From Lingula anatina (taxonomy: Eukaryota; Animalia; Brachiopoda), in NCBI GenBank assembly GCA_051362555.1, contig CM120640.1, forward strand, positions 66,938,788-67,002,787: DNA of 64,000 nt, in the 5' to 3' direction. The notes beneath the pieces are model-generated. The model made no database searches. It was not told the DNA's origin and was given only the letters and a program-made list of their open reading frames with translations. Numbering within the stretch: the first letter of the stretch is position 1; every line of letters starts with the position of its first letter. This document shows positions 37,801 through 51,387 of this stretch, in pieces. The translations under genes were made by a program, and so were the position numbers.

Positions 37801-40800
37801 TCTGTCATTTTGCCTGCACTGACAAACAGGTCTTTCAGCAAGACTTCTTTCTAGTAAAAGTTTTGGCCATTATAGTACCTAAAGATTTAAATAAGCCTGG
37901 GGGGGATAGGGTAGGGGATGTGGTTGGGGTTCAGGGAATGGGTCACTTTTAGGTCCAAAATGACTAAGAAAGTCTCTGGGGTGTTTGGTGGAGAGAAGGT
38001 TCTGATAAATTTGAATGGTGGCTCAATGAAGGTAGAAAAATTTCTTGACTGTTTGAGATCTCTTTGTATCAAGTATTAATTTCCCAATACACATAATCAA
38101 TGATATACCCTACAAGCAACTTGATTCTGCTTTCTTTCTTTCATTCTTTCTTTCTCTCAATTCATCCCTGCTTTTTTTAAACTCTCTTTAGGGTTAATTC
38201 TCCATATTGTAAAACAAAATACAAATTATGCTATAAATTTCTTCAGAACTGCACTCCTTCTATTATGCATCTATTAGAATTTTTTAATTCACTAGGGTTG
38301 TTCTTAATTCAAATGGGAAGACCTGCATAAAAAGTATTTGTCTAAATCTAAATCTTGCAAAAAATATCTGCCCATTTGATACACTTAAGTCATTAACACC
38401 AAAAATATATACAATGATAATATTTGTTTTTCCCTTTTAGAATTGCAAAAATATTCATTCTTTCCTTGAGGTGTAAAGGCAGAAAAAAAGACTGCCCGTA
38501 ACATTGGAAATGAATTGGTATTTCTTAATTTGAAATGCAAAAAGAATTCTCATCAATTGGGGGATAATAATTATCATGGAGAAATAGCTTGGCAAATTCA
38601 GAAAGCAAAATGTAATGAAATGACTACTGCTTATCATAATTACAAATTGCAATGTACAATGATCATGTAGCACTTTTTGGTCCAATAATTCTATCTGTAT
38701 TAATTACAAAATTACATGTCCGCCAAAACTCGATGAAGCTGAACACCTTAGATATAGAAATAGCAGAAAAGACATCATCAGATGGGTAACATCTGACCTT
38801 TTTTCACAGCACACATGGGTAACAATCGGTACTGAGAGGGAATGCACTGGCCCAGGATGACTGGCTTGCATGTCTGGATTAGAACCAGGTGAACTTTTGA
38901 AGGAATGTCGACTTATTGCTTTTATGATAACACAGCACAATACATAGTTACTGAAAAGACTGAAACAACTGGAATCTACTCTCCTCTTCCCACCCTAACA
39001 AATTAATGCCCACCTACGATGGCTTTTATCCCTTTGGTATAGATCAAACCCCCACCTGCAAACTGTGCACATACAAAATGGTGCTTCTGTTTTCTTTGTA
39101 AGGATAAACTCACCTGGAACTTATTTTTTTCCACTCTGGATGGGTTGCGTATAAACGGAGTTTTTTGAAATCGTCACAAATTGCATAATATTTGTCATTG
39201 TGTGACAGAGCATGAGTGAGGATTTTTTCTTTTCCATCTTGAATGGCATCCCTAAGAATAAAAACAAGGGATTTAATCTTGCAAATGACATAAAATATTT
39301 ATCCTTGCAAAAGCAAAATGATACATATTCAATGGTTGTTTTTAAATTGAAAACAAATAGATAAATGTAACATTTTTCTCTCTCTCTTTTGTTATGGATG
39401 AACTGGCACAGCACATCATTACATAATTACATAAATTTATAATATCAACACCATATTGTGGTAATGAACCACAACTTACAATACAGACACTTTAATTTAT
39501 CGCTTGCATCCCAGTTTTTGATAGATATGGTGTAGGTTTAGCTAGACAGGTGCAAGGGGGGGATAGAAACTCCACAAAACAATTAGTGTTGTACTTTCAA
39601 CATCAACAAAGTGTTGGAATAATGAGAGAGACTTCATCAAAGTGCCTAAGAATGGTACATTCACACATTCTTGTTTTTTTCACATTCTTATTTTTCTTAT
39701 TGCTTGGTTTTCATAAAGAGTAATACAAACATCCTGTCTGCTTTTTTCCGAGAAAATGTCATGTGATCTGAGAGAGCTTCTGTTAGTTAACTAAGCCCTA
39801 GTATCTTAAACAAGTGAATCTCCAAAGGGATTTCTCTGTCAGGAAAAGTATTAAACGCTCCTCTTTCCGAATGAAAAGCTTTAAGATGCAACTCAATGAT
39901 AAGCAGTCTGAGAAAGGCTTGTATTCATGCAGATGTTCTTGCTGATTGCGTTAATGAGATTTGAGAGAGGATGAACTCCGAGGAGCAAGCTCACCAATGG
40001 CCGAGTTTGAAAGCAATTTGGTCAAATTAGAGGGGGTAAATTCAGTTCTCTTCCCCATTGGTGGCGTGGTTGCACTAGTTTACATGTAAAGCATTTAAGA
40101 CATTTGCCAAATGCAGTCCTATATTTAGTCCTACTTTTTTCCATATTAATGCATTTCGTCCATCAGTAAAATTGGCTGATTTAGTTTTTTAGTCCCTTAC
40201 TGATGTCCAGGCTGGTACAAAGTCAGCCAGTTTTTTTTTATTAAAAGGTGAGTTCTGAACTGTAATTACTAATAACCTTCTGCAAAATATGTATTAAACA
40301 CACACAAATATGTGCCTATTGCAATAAACTCAGAGAGATGATTAGGAGTGAAACAAGTAAATCATGTCCTTCGGCAATTAATAACCGTCCAAATTAGGTG
40401 AGTGGTCCCAGGAGAGCCAATCACATGCAAGTCTATATCTATAATGGTCATATTTTCGTCATGTATTTAGGCAGCTTTACACAAACTTGTTTAATCAAGC
40501 ATTCTATCTTGTCAGACAGTGTTGTGGAAAAATGTGGCACTGATGTTTTCTGAGTTAAGCAGCGTCGCCAGATGGAGGCCCATCACATCCTCATTTGCTT
40601 AAATTTACCTCAGTTCCATGTTATCACCCAGTCTTACTTTCAAATACAAACGTTTGTGACAAAGAGGCCTCCTTTTTAATGTCTGTATGAACAAACTGAA
40701 ATAAATTTAGTACATTATCTAAGTCATCTAAATTATTCAGAATATACCACAGAATTTTTACAAAGAGCTTCCGTCTCCTCCAAAGCGGCAAAATTAATCA

Positions 40801-43800
40801 TGGACAATATCAAATTGATATGGAATCAAATTGACTTAGATAGGTTGTCATTTTTATGACATGCTTACTGTCAAGTCTACTAGCTAAGAGAAGCCCGCAA
40901 TGTAATATGATGACAAATCCTCTTGACTCAAATAATTCTGCCTCTCAAAATATCAAATGCTGTATACAAAAAATCTTTTTTCTTTTAAAAAATACAACAA
41001 GTTGGATAACAGTTCTAATAATACTTATGGTTACATGCAGCAAATAATTTAATAGAAATTCTTTGAATAGAATGTTTTAAACACCATTTTAATAATAAAA
41101 AGGCTCTAACACACGTCAAAAGCTGGCAAAACAAATTGCAGAAATAATTCATAATGTTATGGCCCCAACCTTCATTGTACAACACAAGAGCAATATCACT
41201 CTTCAACATACGCAGCCTTTCAATAAATTACAACTAAACATGAGACAATGCCATTTCATATTCCCATCTCAGCAACCTCAGCTCCAAGAGTAAATAAAAC
41301 TTTTATTGTCTATCTAGACAAAATTAATGAAAGAACTTGGTTGACATTTCTGATGTTTTAGTTTAATCTCGCCAAAAAAGGAGTTGGTTTCCCTTCGTAC
41401 TTGTGCGAAATGGGTTCACTTTCACATGATCAGCTCTCCCTGTGTTTTCCTTCCCCCCTCCCATCAGCCGCAGTCCATTACCAATGAAACACCTTTTCAA
41501 GAGCCCTAATGAGGAGGTTTGAGCAGTTTCCTCTTCGCTGATGAGACGTGTGTCCCGGTGAAACATTTACAATTTATTGATTGAAAGGGAATCTTGGATA
41601 AATTGAAGCTGGAAGAAAAGGGTATTTAAGACGAGTAAATACTAATCAATAAAAGTTAAATGTGGCCTGTGAAAAATCAGACAAAATAGAACCAAATTAC
41701 AATATAATGAACTTAAGCTAACACGTGAATGATTTAAAGTTAGACTACAATTTCAATAGTCTTTTTGCAGACACCAAGCTGTAAAGTCAACAAGGCGAGT
41801 GGTTCAGTTGCAAGTTAATGACGCACTTCCACGCTTTCCCATCAAGTCCTCCATAAAACGGTCTGTTGACATTGTTAAACGGCCATACATTGTCACAGGA
41901 TAACCATACTCACCCATCTCCAGTCTCTGGATTCAATGGGGTCTCAGTTTCCTGCTTGCTCTCCCTTTCACAGGTAAACACCTCAATAGTGGAACACCTA
42001 GAAAAACACAAATATATAACTAGGATGACATGACAATAAAACCATCATTCAAAAATATCCCAAGGCAATTTGAAGACTATAATTAACAGTTTGTTTATCG
42101 AGGAAAAATATCAGGGATGAGAAAGGTATAGCAACTAATGACACTTTTAGTGTACCCAATCTATACTGCTTACAACATAATTTCTAGAGAACAATTAAAA
42201 ACAAGACTCATTCAACCTAAGACAATAACCTGAAGAAAACTGTGTTTTAATGTTTTATGGGCAGGGGTTTCTATTCAGTAAGAATACAAAGACACTGTTT
42301 TATGTAATGTGTCTTTACTTTGTACAATTCCAAATCATTTCCACTTAAAAGCTTTTTTATGCCTTGGTGGAAATATCCTTAGCTTGTCATATTTAATCAT
42401 TTTGATTAAACACCCACAGTAGTGGGGAATGGTTGACAAAGAATCTTTTTCCTTAGGTATATAAGTACAATCAAAATGTTCAGTTTTAAATCACAGACAA
42501 CTGTTACTTTTCAATTTGAAAACATCTAATCATAGCTATCAAAGTTGCTTTTACCTGGAAAATATCTTGAGCTACTATCAAATAATGTGGTTACAAAAAC
42601 CACAGTAAGTTACACTTAAAGAGGGGGGCTGATATGTGTACAGAGTGATCAACATTAACACAGGCTACATCGACAGATAACCCTATGATTCGACTTAGCA
42701 GTGGTTACTTCTGAACCATTTTCTATCAAGTATCTAAACAACTTCCATGATACATTCACCATATCTGAAAATATTCTATTTTAAAACCGCCTTTGCCTGA
42801 TTCTTACTTAATGGCCATTTCCTCAGCTTTTCCCTTACCAGACTCATTTCTTTGAGTAGTTTTCTTGGAAGGATTTCCACAAAGGTGATAACCTCTAACC
42901 CAAGCATGATAAATGTGCCTCAGGTTGTGAGAAGTACAAGTGTGCAAAGGAAAAAAAGTAATTAAGCCTAATATATCAGCAAAACTTCATTAGAGAGTCA
43001 AAATTGCATTTGGGGAACAACTTGCCATCTCCACTCCAGATAGAAACAGCAGCGATGGTATAATGGATAGCTCCCATTTGACTCATCCGTAAAACCTATG
43101 TGTCCCCCTAAATTCTCCAACTGATGTCCTAATGTTGTCAATGACATATTACCGAGATGAAGGTTAATGCATCAAGTATTCTGAGTCCACAATTTCATGC
43201 AGTTTTTCAGACTTTGCCAAGGGTTCTGATAAACAATACAATCTATTAATATATCAAACACTTACCAAATCGTTATATTTTTTCTTTTGACAAAAATTAA
43301 ATGAATGGCATAACAGTACTTTACGTGGAACTTTTCGTTATTTTTTTCCTCACTTATTATCTTTTCAAGCTTTTAATCTTTCACATTTCACTGAATGTTG
43401 TTTAGTGTGGGTATTTAGTATATCTTCTATATTCACAATGGTAGCACATAAGAGACAGTACTGTTTTACTAGTATGTTAATTTATGAATATACATACATT
43501 TGAATGCATGAAGCTTAATGAGAGGCGTGTGGCCATTACATTTAAAACATCATGCATCCCTAAAGCACTCAATAAAAGATATTCAAAAGAGAAAGAAAAC
43601 CAATTAAGAGAAATAATACAAAGCATTAATTTACCCTATTAATATTGCATTTATGAAGGCATGACGATTAGATATTCAGAATTATCAACATGCACACAGA
43701 AAACATTGTAATGGTTGTTAAGGCAAATAAGAGGATTATCTGGCTGTTCCTCATTATCCCCCAATCTCCAGACAATTAAATTTCCCTGAAAATGTTTCCT

Positions 43801-46800
43801 CATGTCACATTTGGTAAAGTACTAGGTGTGTCCCCAGGTTCTGAGGGAAGTTACACAGGGGCGGATCCAGCGATATTTTCTGTTAGTCTACCAAATTATC
43901 TTTGTTGATCCATCATCAATTTTTGACTTGTCTTCTGACAGGAAAAGTTAGATGCCCATCAATGTAAACTTTAAAATTGTGACCGTCTTCCAAAAGACCC
44001 AGAGGACGGCTTTTATGAGTATGTGGATGTGTATACTGTCTCACAGAGACACACACACCCACATGTTACCACATAAATTACTAGTGTTCTTGATACTCGT
44101 ATATATCGTTTCAGTACATCAAACATGCTATTTGCTTTCATATTTCAGATAAACATTTTCAGTCACCAAAGTCGATAATGTATGCTTTGATGTAATTCAT
44201 AAAAACAATCATAAAAACACTTCCAAAATGCTTTACCACTCACTTAGTCCATCTGATTTTACTTCACATATTTGCTATTTGATGTGACCCCAGTAAATAA
44301 TGCTCTTGGGATAATGTCTTTTCAGATGAATAAACATTTGGTTAAAAATTACTAGTACTGATGCTGTCTTATACAGCATTCTAAATTTGCCACTTACACA
44401 ATGACAACTTAACAGTAGGTCTGATACAAGGACATTACAAAGGCTTTTTTACACGAATATAAAAGGCTGATGAAATATGAGGAGACAGGAGCAACAAAAC
44501 AAACGTTTTCTAGGGTTATATGTAGGCTCAATCATTTTTTATGAGTAATGAAATATGGGAAGAATTCAGCTGTGACAACAGTATACTATACATCTATTAT
44601 ATTTGTCACAGAAATAATTCTGTACAGTTAAAATATCCTGTGAAAGATATTGGTACATTTCATGCTTTGAAAACCACAAAGAAGTGAAAAATCATAAAAA
44701 TTTATATTCATTTTCAAAAGTAGAACCTTTTGGCATCTTTGATGCAAATCAATTTTAAATGTATGATCAATAAAAGATACAAACTAATAATCCTCTTCAT
44801 ATTAGTGGTCTTAAGCTTGTCAGCAAATGTTAGAAGGGGCGTGGCAAAACCCACAGAAATACATGCCTGCTCCTCAATTTTTTGGCAACCATTTATGATT
44901 TCTGTCTAGTTAGGCACATAATTGATTTATATTATGTAAGAAGAAGGAGAACTTTCTTTACAAGGCCAATGAACTTTTCACCCCAGTTTCTTAGTGGATT
45001 TTCCTGTTTCCAGTGGTTGGTCTTCAAACCTTGAAAAGTTTACATTTCAGATATTATCTTGGCTTGCCACTTTATTTCAAACGACAATAACTGACCTGGT
45101 TCACCAGCATATTGGTGTCTAGTTTTATAGCACTCTCACATATAAATCAAACTGTTAAGAAAAAACTTAAATGAAAAGCTTCAAATGTATTAATTTTAAG
45201 AAAATCCCTTAATGCATTAGTCTAAAGGATTTTAGCAAGTGAAGCGTGATTAAGTTTAGCTCACCACAGCGAGTAAATATGATCCTTCTGTTATCTTGCC
45301 CACTGTTGGACATAGCAAGTGACTAACTTTTGGTATTAACACCCTGGACTCTGCTCATCATCAAAAGAGAACAGGTCCCTCACCAGCAATTTCTTTTTCT
45401 AAAAAAAGTGGATCTTTTACCATGAAATTTATCAAATTTAACCCAGAGCAATCTTACCCCCCTCCACCTGGGCCTGGAGAAAAACTTTGCCAAGGAAAAT
45501 AATTGAAAAAAAAAAAAGCTTTCAATTGAGTAGCTTTCCCATCTTAATATAGAGAAAGAATAGTATACATGGACCTCAAGCTACTATTTATCATTCTATC
45601 TATAAAAAAAGTTCATATCTGATCATGATTCCAGTATCCAGGTATACAAAAACCCTGGTGACCAGCTATGCACATTCTGGGGTAGCGCTAGCAATTTTTT
45701 TCGCTTAGCCAAATCACCACTTTTTTGTCAATTTGTTATCAAAATGGTTATAATTTGACTAAAGCATGGCAAAGCAAGGCCGTTTACTTTAGCCAATTAA
45801 GGCCAGTTTTAGCATTTGGCTAAATTGGCGAGTGTTAGCGCTACCCGAGACATTACAGATATGGCAGAGGATGGCAAAATGGAGGGATTGCATCTGCTGT
45901 CTACAGTGACTTAGGGTTTATAAGTTGACCTGAAGAGATGGATCGACTTATCTTCAATGAAAATGGCCCAGGGTGCAAACAGATCTTTATTGAGGCAATA
46001 TTCTTTCAGTTTTCTGGCAAATAATTTCATGACAGTTAAAAAGTACTGACATACAACACATCAATACAGATAACTTCTCACAATTATGTATATAGCAAAG
46101 AATAATTTGATTATAAACATATCTAAGAGATTCAACTGGGCAGGGAATTGAAGTGACTACATACTAATATTCTGCAATAAACAGCTGATTTAGGTAAAAC
46201 ACTACCTTCTAGAAGAATTTGCCAGGAAATACGATGCTGATGCCTTCTTATCAAAAGACCTGACCATACATATTTAATAACCAGCCTCCAGTTTGAAAGC
46301 TTAAAGTATAATATTATGCCAATGAATAAACCTGTAGTTTAATATACCCTAATGTTATCATTTTCCAGACATTTATGTACTTAATACGGTATTTCAAATA
46401 TTCCATCAAAATTAAGAGTGTCCTACCTTAGTGAACAGTATATACAAATTAAATGTTTGTCTCATTTTCAGGCATTGCCACAAACTTGTTTTTACTCCAA
46501 TTTTATACCACTGGTTCAATTATTTTGACTGGATCATGTCTTGTTATAAATTAAAGGGAAATTACAAGTTTTGGTCCAGTTTTATTACGTAGAATTGATA
46601 CCACCAACATATTCTTGTCTTGAATAAAATATACTATAATATAATATAATATAATATGGCACAGTCTCAGTGTATTAATTACAAATGACAGGCAAAACCA
46701 AAGCATTGTGATTAAAGAACTGCTTATTTTATGTTAAAGATACATCAGAATACCTTTAAATTAGCTGACAAGCATGATCCTCTGTGTATCAACAGTTAAC

Positions 46801-47429
46801 AACGTGATAGGCTATGCACAAAGACTCACTATACCTGCACCAAGGATAAATTTCCTAGGAAATACCCGACCCGCTGACTAAGCCTTCTAAGTATTGCTTG
46901 CAACTTCAAACCAATAACTAGAAATGGAATGCCTTACTTCTCAGTACAAAACAGGTTGTTTATTGACCGAAAATTGACTTAAATTTTGACTACGGTAAGA
47001 TATCCAGCATGGTGCATCGACCATCCACGCTAATCATATTGAAGAACTATTTAGCTGGTTGCAGTGATTTACAGTCAAACTGGCGTTATTAATAATGCAG
47101 CAATAAATGCCGATACAATGGGATTCCCCAACGTTTTCTTCATTGATAAAAACTATCGATTAACAAGGAGATCGATAAACAGCGATGATAACATCACCAC
47201 GTGTTGATTTACTTTTGCTGTCCTTAACGATCAAAACGGGGGGACCGGCTTCATATATTTGGGGATCACGTGCAAACACAGTGTCCCATCAAAATGAAAG
47301 TGGGTTGTAGGTACAAACAACACTCAATGCTATCCCTGCACTCTATAAAACTTACCCTTTTTTCGCAATTAAAAAACTGTCATTACAAATAGCCACAACG
47401 AAATTTTGACTCGCCACACATGCCGCCAT
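29799..47429 (-). CDS. WDR4: tRNA (guanine-N7)-methyltransferase non-catalytic subunit WDR4/TRM82, complete, 10 exons
   Basis: Exons (minus) 47356-47429, 41914-41997, 39114-39251, 37557-37713, 36615-36727, 35334-35388, 34514-34680, 31376-31568, 30449-30512, 29799-30067, all phase-compatible. Signature motifs: [60 protein letters not shown], and C-terminal [14 protein letters not shown]. Confidence 0.95.
43856..44010 (-). mobile_element. MITE family A, copy 3 (inverted, one end truncated)
   Basis: CAGGGGCGGATCCAGCGATATTTTCTG...CCGTCTTCCAAAAGACCCAGAGGACGGC is the reverse complement of the 3338 and 4739 elements. Confidence 0.85.
45677..45849. mobile_element. MITE with GGGTAGCGCTA TIRs and 5-bp TSD ACATT
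   Basis: CTGGGGTAGCGCTAGCA...TGTTAGCGCTACCCGAG, with ACATT at 45672-45676 and 45850-45854. Internal TTAGCCAA/TTGGCTAA subterminal repeats. Confidence 0.8.
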
Positions 47430-47433
47430 GTTG
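47422..47433 (-). promoter_or_regulatory. YY1-type motif overlapping the WDR4 start codon
   Basis: Minus strand reads CAACATGGCGGC, the AANATGGCGGC motif common at housekeeping gene starts. Confidence 0.55.
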
Positions 47434-48120
47434 ATATCTAATTAGGTCATAATACCGCTTAAGCCTTCTAAAAATAAGCGACTTATATTATGGTTTTTTG
47501 AATTACAAAAAAATATTAAAAATTCTAAAATAACTGTGTAATAGTGATAAAATTTCACTTAGTACACTTTTCGGGTAAATATTATAATCTATTGCAATAT
47601 ATTGTCGGCAATGAATAGCAATGTAAGCGAATGACCACCTTTTATTTGATTGGTTCAAAGTTCGGGTCGATTTGTCCATGACAGACCTACAAACCCTTGC
47701 CCAAAGTGCCGAAATAAAAGATGTCAGCTGAAATTTTAACGTGATACTCATGCCTATGATTGTTACATGTCATTGTCTGCCTTTTGCTTGTCAAGTTGTC
47801 AGTGTTTATTTTTCTTCTCTCTCAGGAAGACTCAGCAATGTAGGCTACCAATCTTAACTCCTCTGACATAACCTGATCTCGTATTTTAGTAATAATAAAA
47901 TTGGTTAATTCTTTTTTCGCACTGCTACTTTTAACACTTGTCTAATTAATGTTTCTCTTCATGAAAATCAGCATAGCTAGTTTTTAACAGTTTGTCGAGT
48001 GAGGGGACAAAAGTTAAATATTTCTATGGAGATAAGAATAAGGCCTTTGCCAACCTTAGATCTATACAAAAGAATGTGAGCCCCGCAAACTAAAGGGAAC
48101 GTTTCTACAACCCCTCAAGC

Positions 48121-48159
48121 CCCCCCCCCTTCTCAAACCCCCTTCAAAGCCCCCCCCCC

Positions 48160-48199
<40 letters not shown>
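48121..48199. repeat. poly-C / poly-A low-complexity tract
   Basis: Directly visible homopolymers. Confidence 0.9.
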
Positions 48200-48200
<1 letters not shown>

Positions 48201-51200
48201 ACTTTTCAAAAAAGATGAAAAATTAAAAAAAAAAAAAGATGGAAACGCAAAACGCCCAGATACCCGACAAACAAAACATTTTTAAAAGGTCGAATTAGAC
48301 TCTTGCTATCATCTAAATTTTGTTTGACTTTTCAGGTAAAATGAAATTTGCTCATTTGACCGCATTATAGATTTCTATAAAACGGCCTCGGTCATATCCG
48401 ACAAATATTTCTAGTCGCTGTCATTATACGTATTACGTTTTGTAGGCTACCGAAATAAAGAACGCTTCAAGGCAAAGGCATCGATGGAATTAATCCCTCT
48501 GCGGCTTCATTTTGGACTATCTGTATTATATGTAATTCTAATATAGTATTGTATGGCCAAATATTTACAGAAGTCCCATGGGTCGATATCCACGATTTAT
48601 ACAAAGCTGGTGGTTCGTCATGAACGTCAATTGTTCTGGCTCATGGGCATCCAAACAAACGCCGTCATTTGCTGCCGTATAAATGGAAAGTTTCACAAAA
48701 GCGACCAAGTGTGCACACTAACTCCGAGGATTCATAACATCAACTTGTGTGTGTCTAAAAGGAATCTCATGTCATGCGGCGATATATGGGTAAGTATTAC
48801 GCTATTTTTACATGTAGCCATTTATTTCCTAGTAATTTTTCATTGCTTCGTAGGACAATTTACAATTATGTCCCATTCTTGCCATTTCTATAGTGCACTT
48901 CTTTTCTTAAGAACTTTTGGTGTTAACGTCGTAAAATACGCAGCGACGAAAGATAATTAACGACAAGCTTCAAAGGTAGTTGCTACTTTATTTTAGCACT
49001 GCCTGCTAGAGTGATCCATTCAATATTGACTTTGATGTTTTGATATCACCAACGGAATGCACACATTGATAAGAGATGAAATTTAGAACATTTTTCAAAT
49101 TCATTTTTGAAGGCTTATTTGCACGGGGTATATTGAGGATCTAGGTGCTAATATTCCATTCACTCGTCAAATAGTTTAGTAATGCTATTTTAGATATTAA
49201 GATATTTCCTTTAAATTCATTTTAGAAGTTTGTCGGTTAAAAAGTATTTGAACGATTTTTTAGATACAGCTACAATATTTAAACTACGTTTTGAAATACA
49301 CGATAAAAATGCAGACAACTAGTATGGCAATATAATAACCCATTCTTGGTGAGAGAAATTTTTGTTTGCATTTGCTATCTTAAACAAATAAGACTTTAAG
49401 AGCAATAATTAAATTTACCTCGGTTAAACACGCGTTCAAACCACATGGGCCGATCTATCTCCGTTAGCTGCCAAGCAGTCTAGAAGATGGTCCCAAAAAT
49501 GGCATCTTAGCTAAAAAATATTTGCTCATTTCCCGTGAAAGCCATTTTATCTTGCTGTATTAAAATAAATTTTAAAACTCCGATTAAAACTGGGACTTGA
49601 TATTGTACTCTGTATGGAGTAAAATGTTTGTCTGTTTTAATGATTAATCGAAGTCAGAGGTGTTCCCCTTCCCAGAAGGAATTCATATGTCAGTTCTTAA
49701 GATTTGAACTACTTGTTCTTACACATATAGAATTCTGAGGGATATCAATAAAGAGGTGAAATTTTCTGAACATGGGTTTTTAAGAAAACGTGGTCAAAAT
49801 CTTGAACCTAAGACCCGTATGCGTAATTTTTAAAGCCGAAACACCGTAAGAATTTAACGGAACGTCGTATGTTTCGCTAGACATGTGTGTATAATATTGT
49901 AATGATTAATCGAATCTGAGGATCCGATTCCGATATCAAAGTGTTAGAGTATCTATATCGTCCTTGCTTAATGCTCACCGAGAGACAGTCAGAAAACATC
50001 ACTTTTATAATCGGTCGGTAAACGAAAAAAGAAAAAAAGAAAGAAAGAATAGTTCTTACTTGCGTACGTTGTTTTTTGATCGTTTCTTAAAACTCTTTCT
50101 GGAATTGAGAGTGCTGGCTTCATTTGGGTTTGCCTTCGATTCTGCTCGTCTGTAAAACACCCTTGTTGCAGGTTGAAAGAAGTCCGGCGTAAGAAGACGT
50201 CATTTACTTTTTAAAACTTTATTTGTTCATATATAATGAGAAAGATAATTCTTGGAAAATAAGACGCGGTGGATATACTTCTTACGGTCTCTCAAATTCT
50301 AATTTAACAAACTTTAAACGGATTCGCTTTCTGAGAAGCTGTAGAATCGTTCACATCCCAACTTTCTTTCTCTTTAAACAAAAGATGCAAGATGGGCAGC
50401 GGTGTTTTTGATACCCCTCAAAATGTTTCTTTATTACTTCGGAATTTTGCGGCACCGTTAGACAGCAATAAATAAACACGCGACTTGAATCATGTTACGT
50501 GTAAATTATATTTGTACTCTGGAGTTAATAAGGATTTAACACAAGCAACCGTATTAAGCGTTTTATCAACAGAAGGCACGCAGCAAAGCAACTTATCCTA
50601 CTTTGTGCATTGTTCTTCAGGCCGCAGACTTTGAAGTTCATTGTCTCTTTCATATTTTCTACTTCACAAGAAGGTAAAACTATTTCATTCCTTTATCAGT
50701 TGATATCAAAAATACTTTATTAGGCGAACGAAAATATTGTCACGAGACTAATCTATTTAGAAAATACACACACACATAGACACATAATAATTATGCGCAA
50801 GTTTAACTGCCACCACAGTAACATTAATATTTACATACCAAATTAATTCGCGTGCCGTCGAAATTAGCATGTAATCCCAACTTTACCCAATTTCCACATA
50901 ATGTGGCGCATCCTGGCATGCATTATTAAAGATACTGCGTTCATGTTAATGAACTGGCGTTCTTGGTTTTCTGGGGTAATATTTTGTCAAATTCCAATGC
51001 CGGCCTGTCAGCCCCCTCCCCCTTTAATTATGTGACAGAGCAATTGGCGTGATAATTGGTAAGCGTGCCCATTGAATGTAATAGCCCATCGCACAAAAGA
51101 GATTAACAAAGCCTGCGGGCAGCCCAAAGCCTCTGAACTTGGAGAGAAACAATGAAAGATGCCGGATATGCGCAAACAAAACCTGCGCAGAGGCAGGTGC

Positions 51201-51387
51201 GCGAAAGAACAGCTGTCTAAACAAGAAAAGCTTCAACATGGAGGTTGGCCATTGAGAGATTGTTTCTGCAGAAACCGCTCAGACAGGACAATATCTAAAC
51301 TCAGACAGGTTGAAATTCGTGGTGACGGGTAACTGGGCCTGGTATTTTGGGTGGTGTGAATAATCCAATCGCTGTTTTTTTCTAGGA

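Noticed and set aside
48553-48960. 135-aa ORF between WDR4 and Onecut
   Set aside because: No recognisable domain, and the composition is typical of translated AT-rich noncoding DNA.
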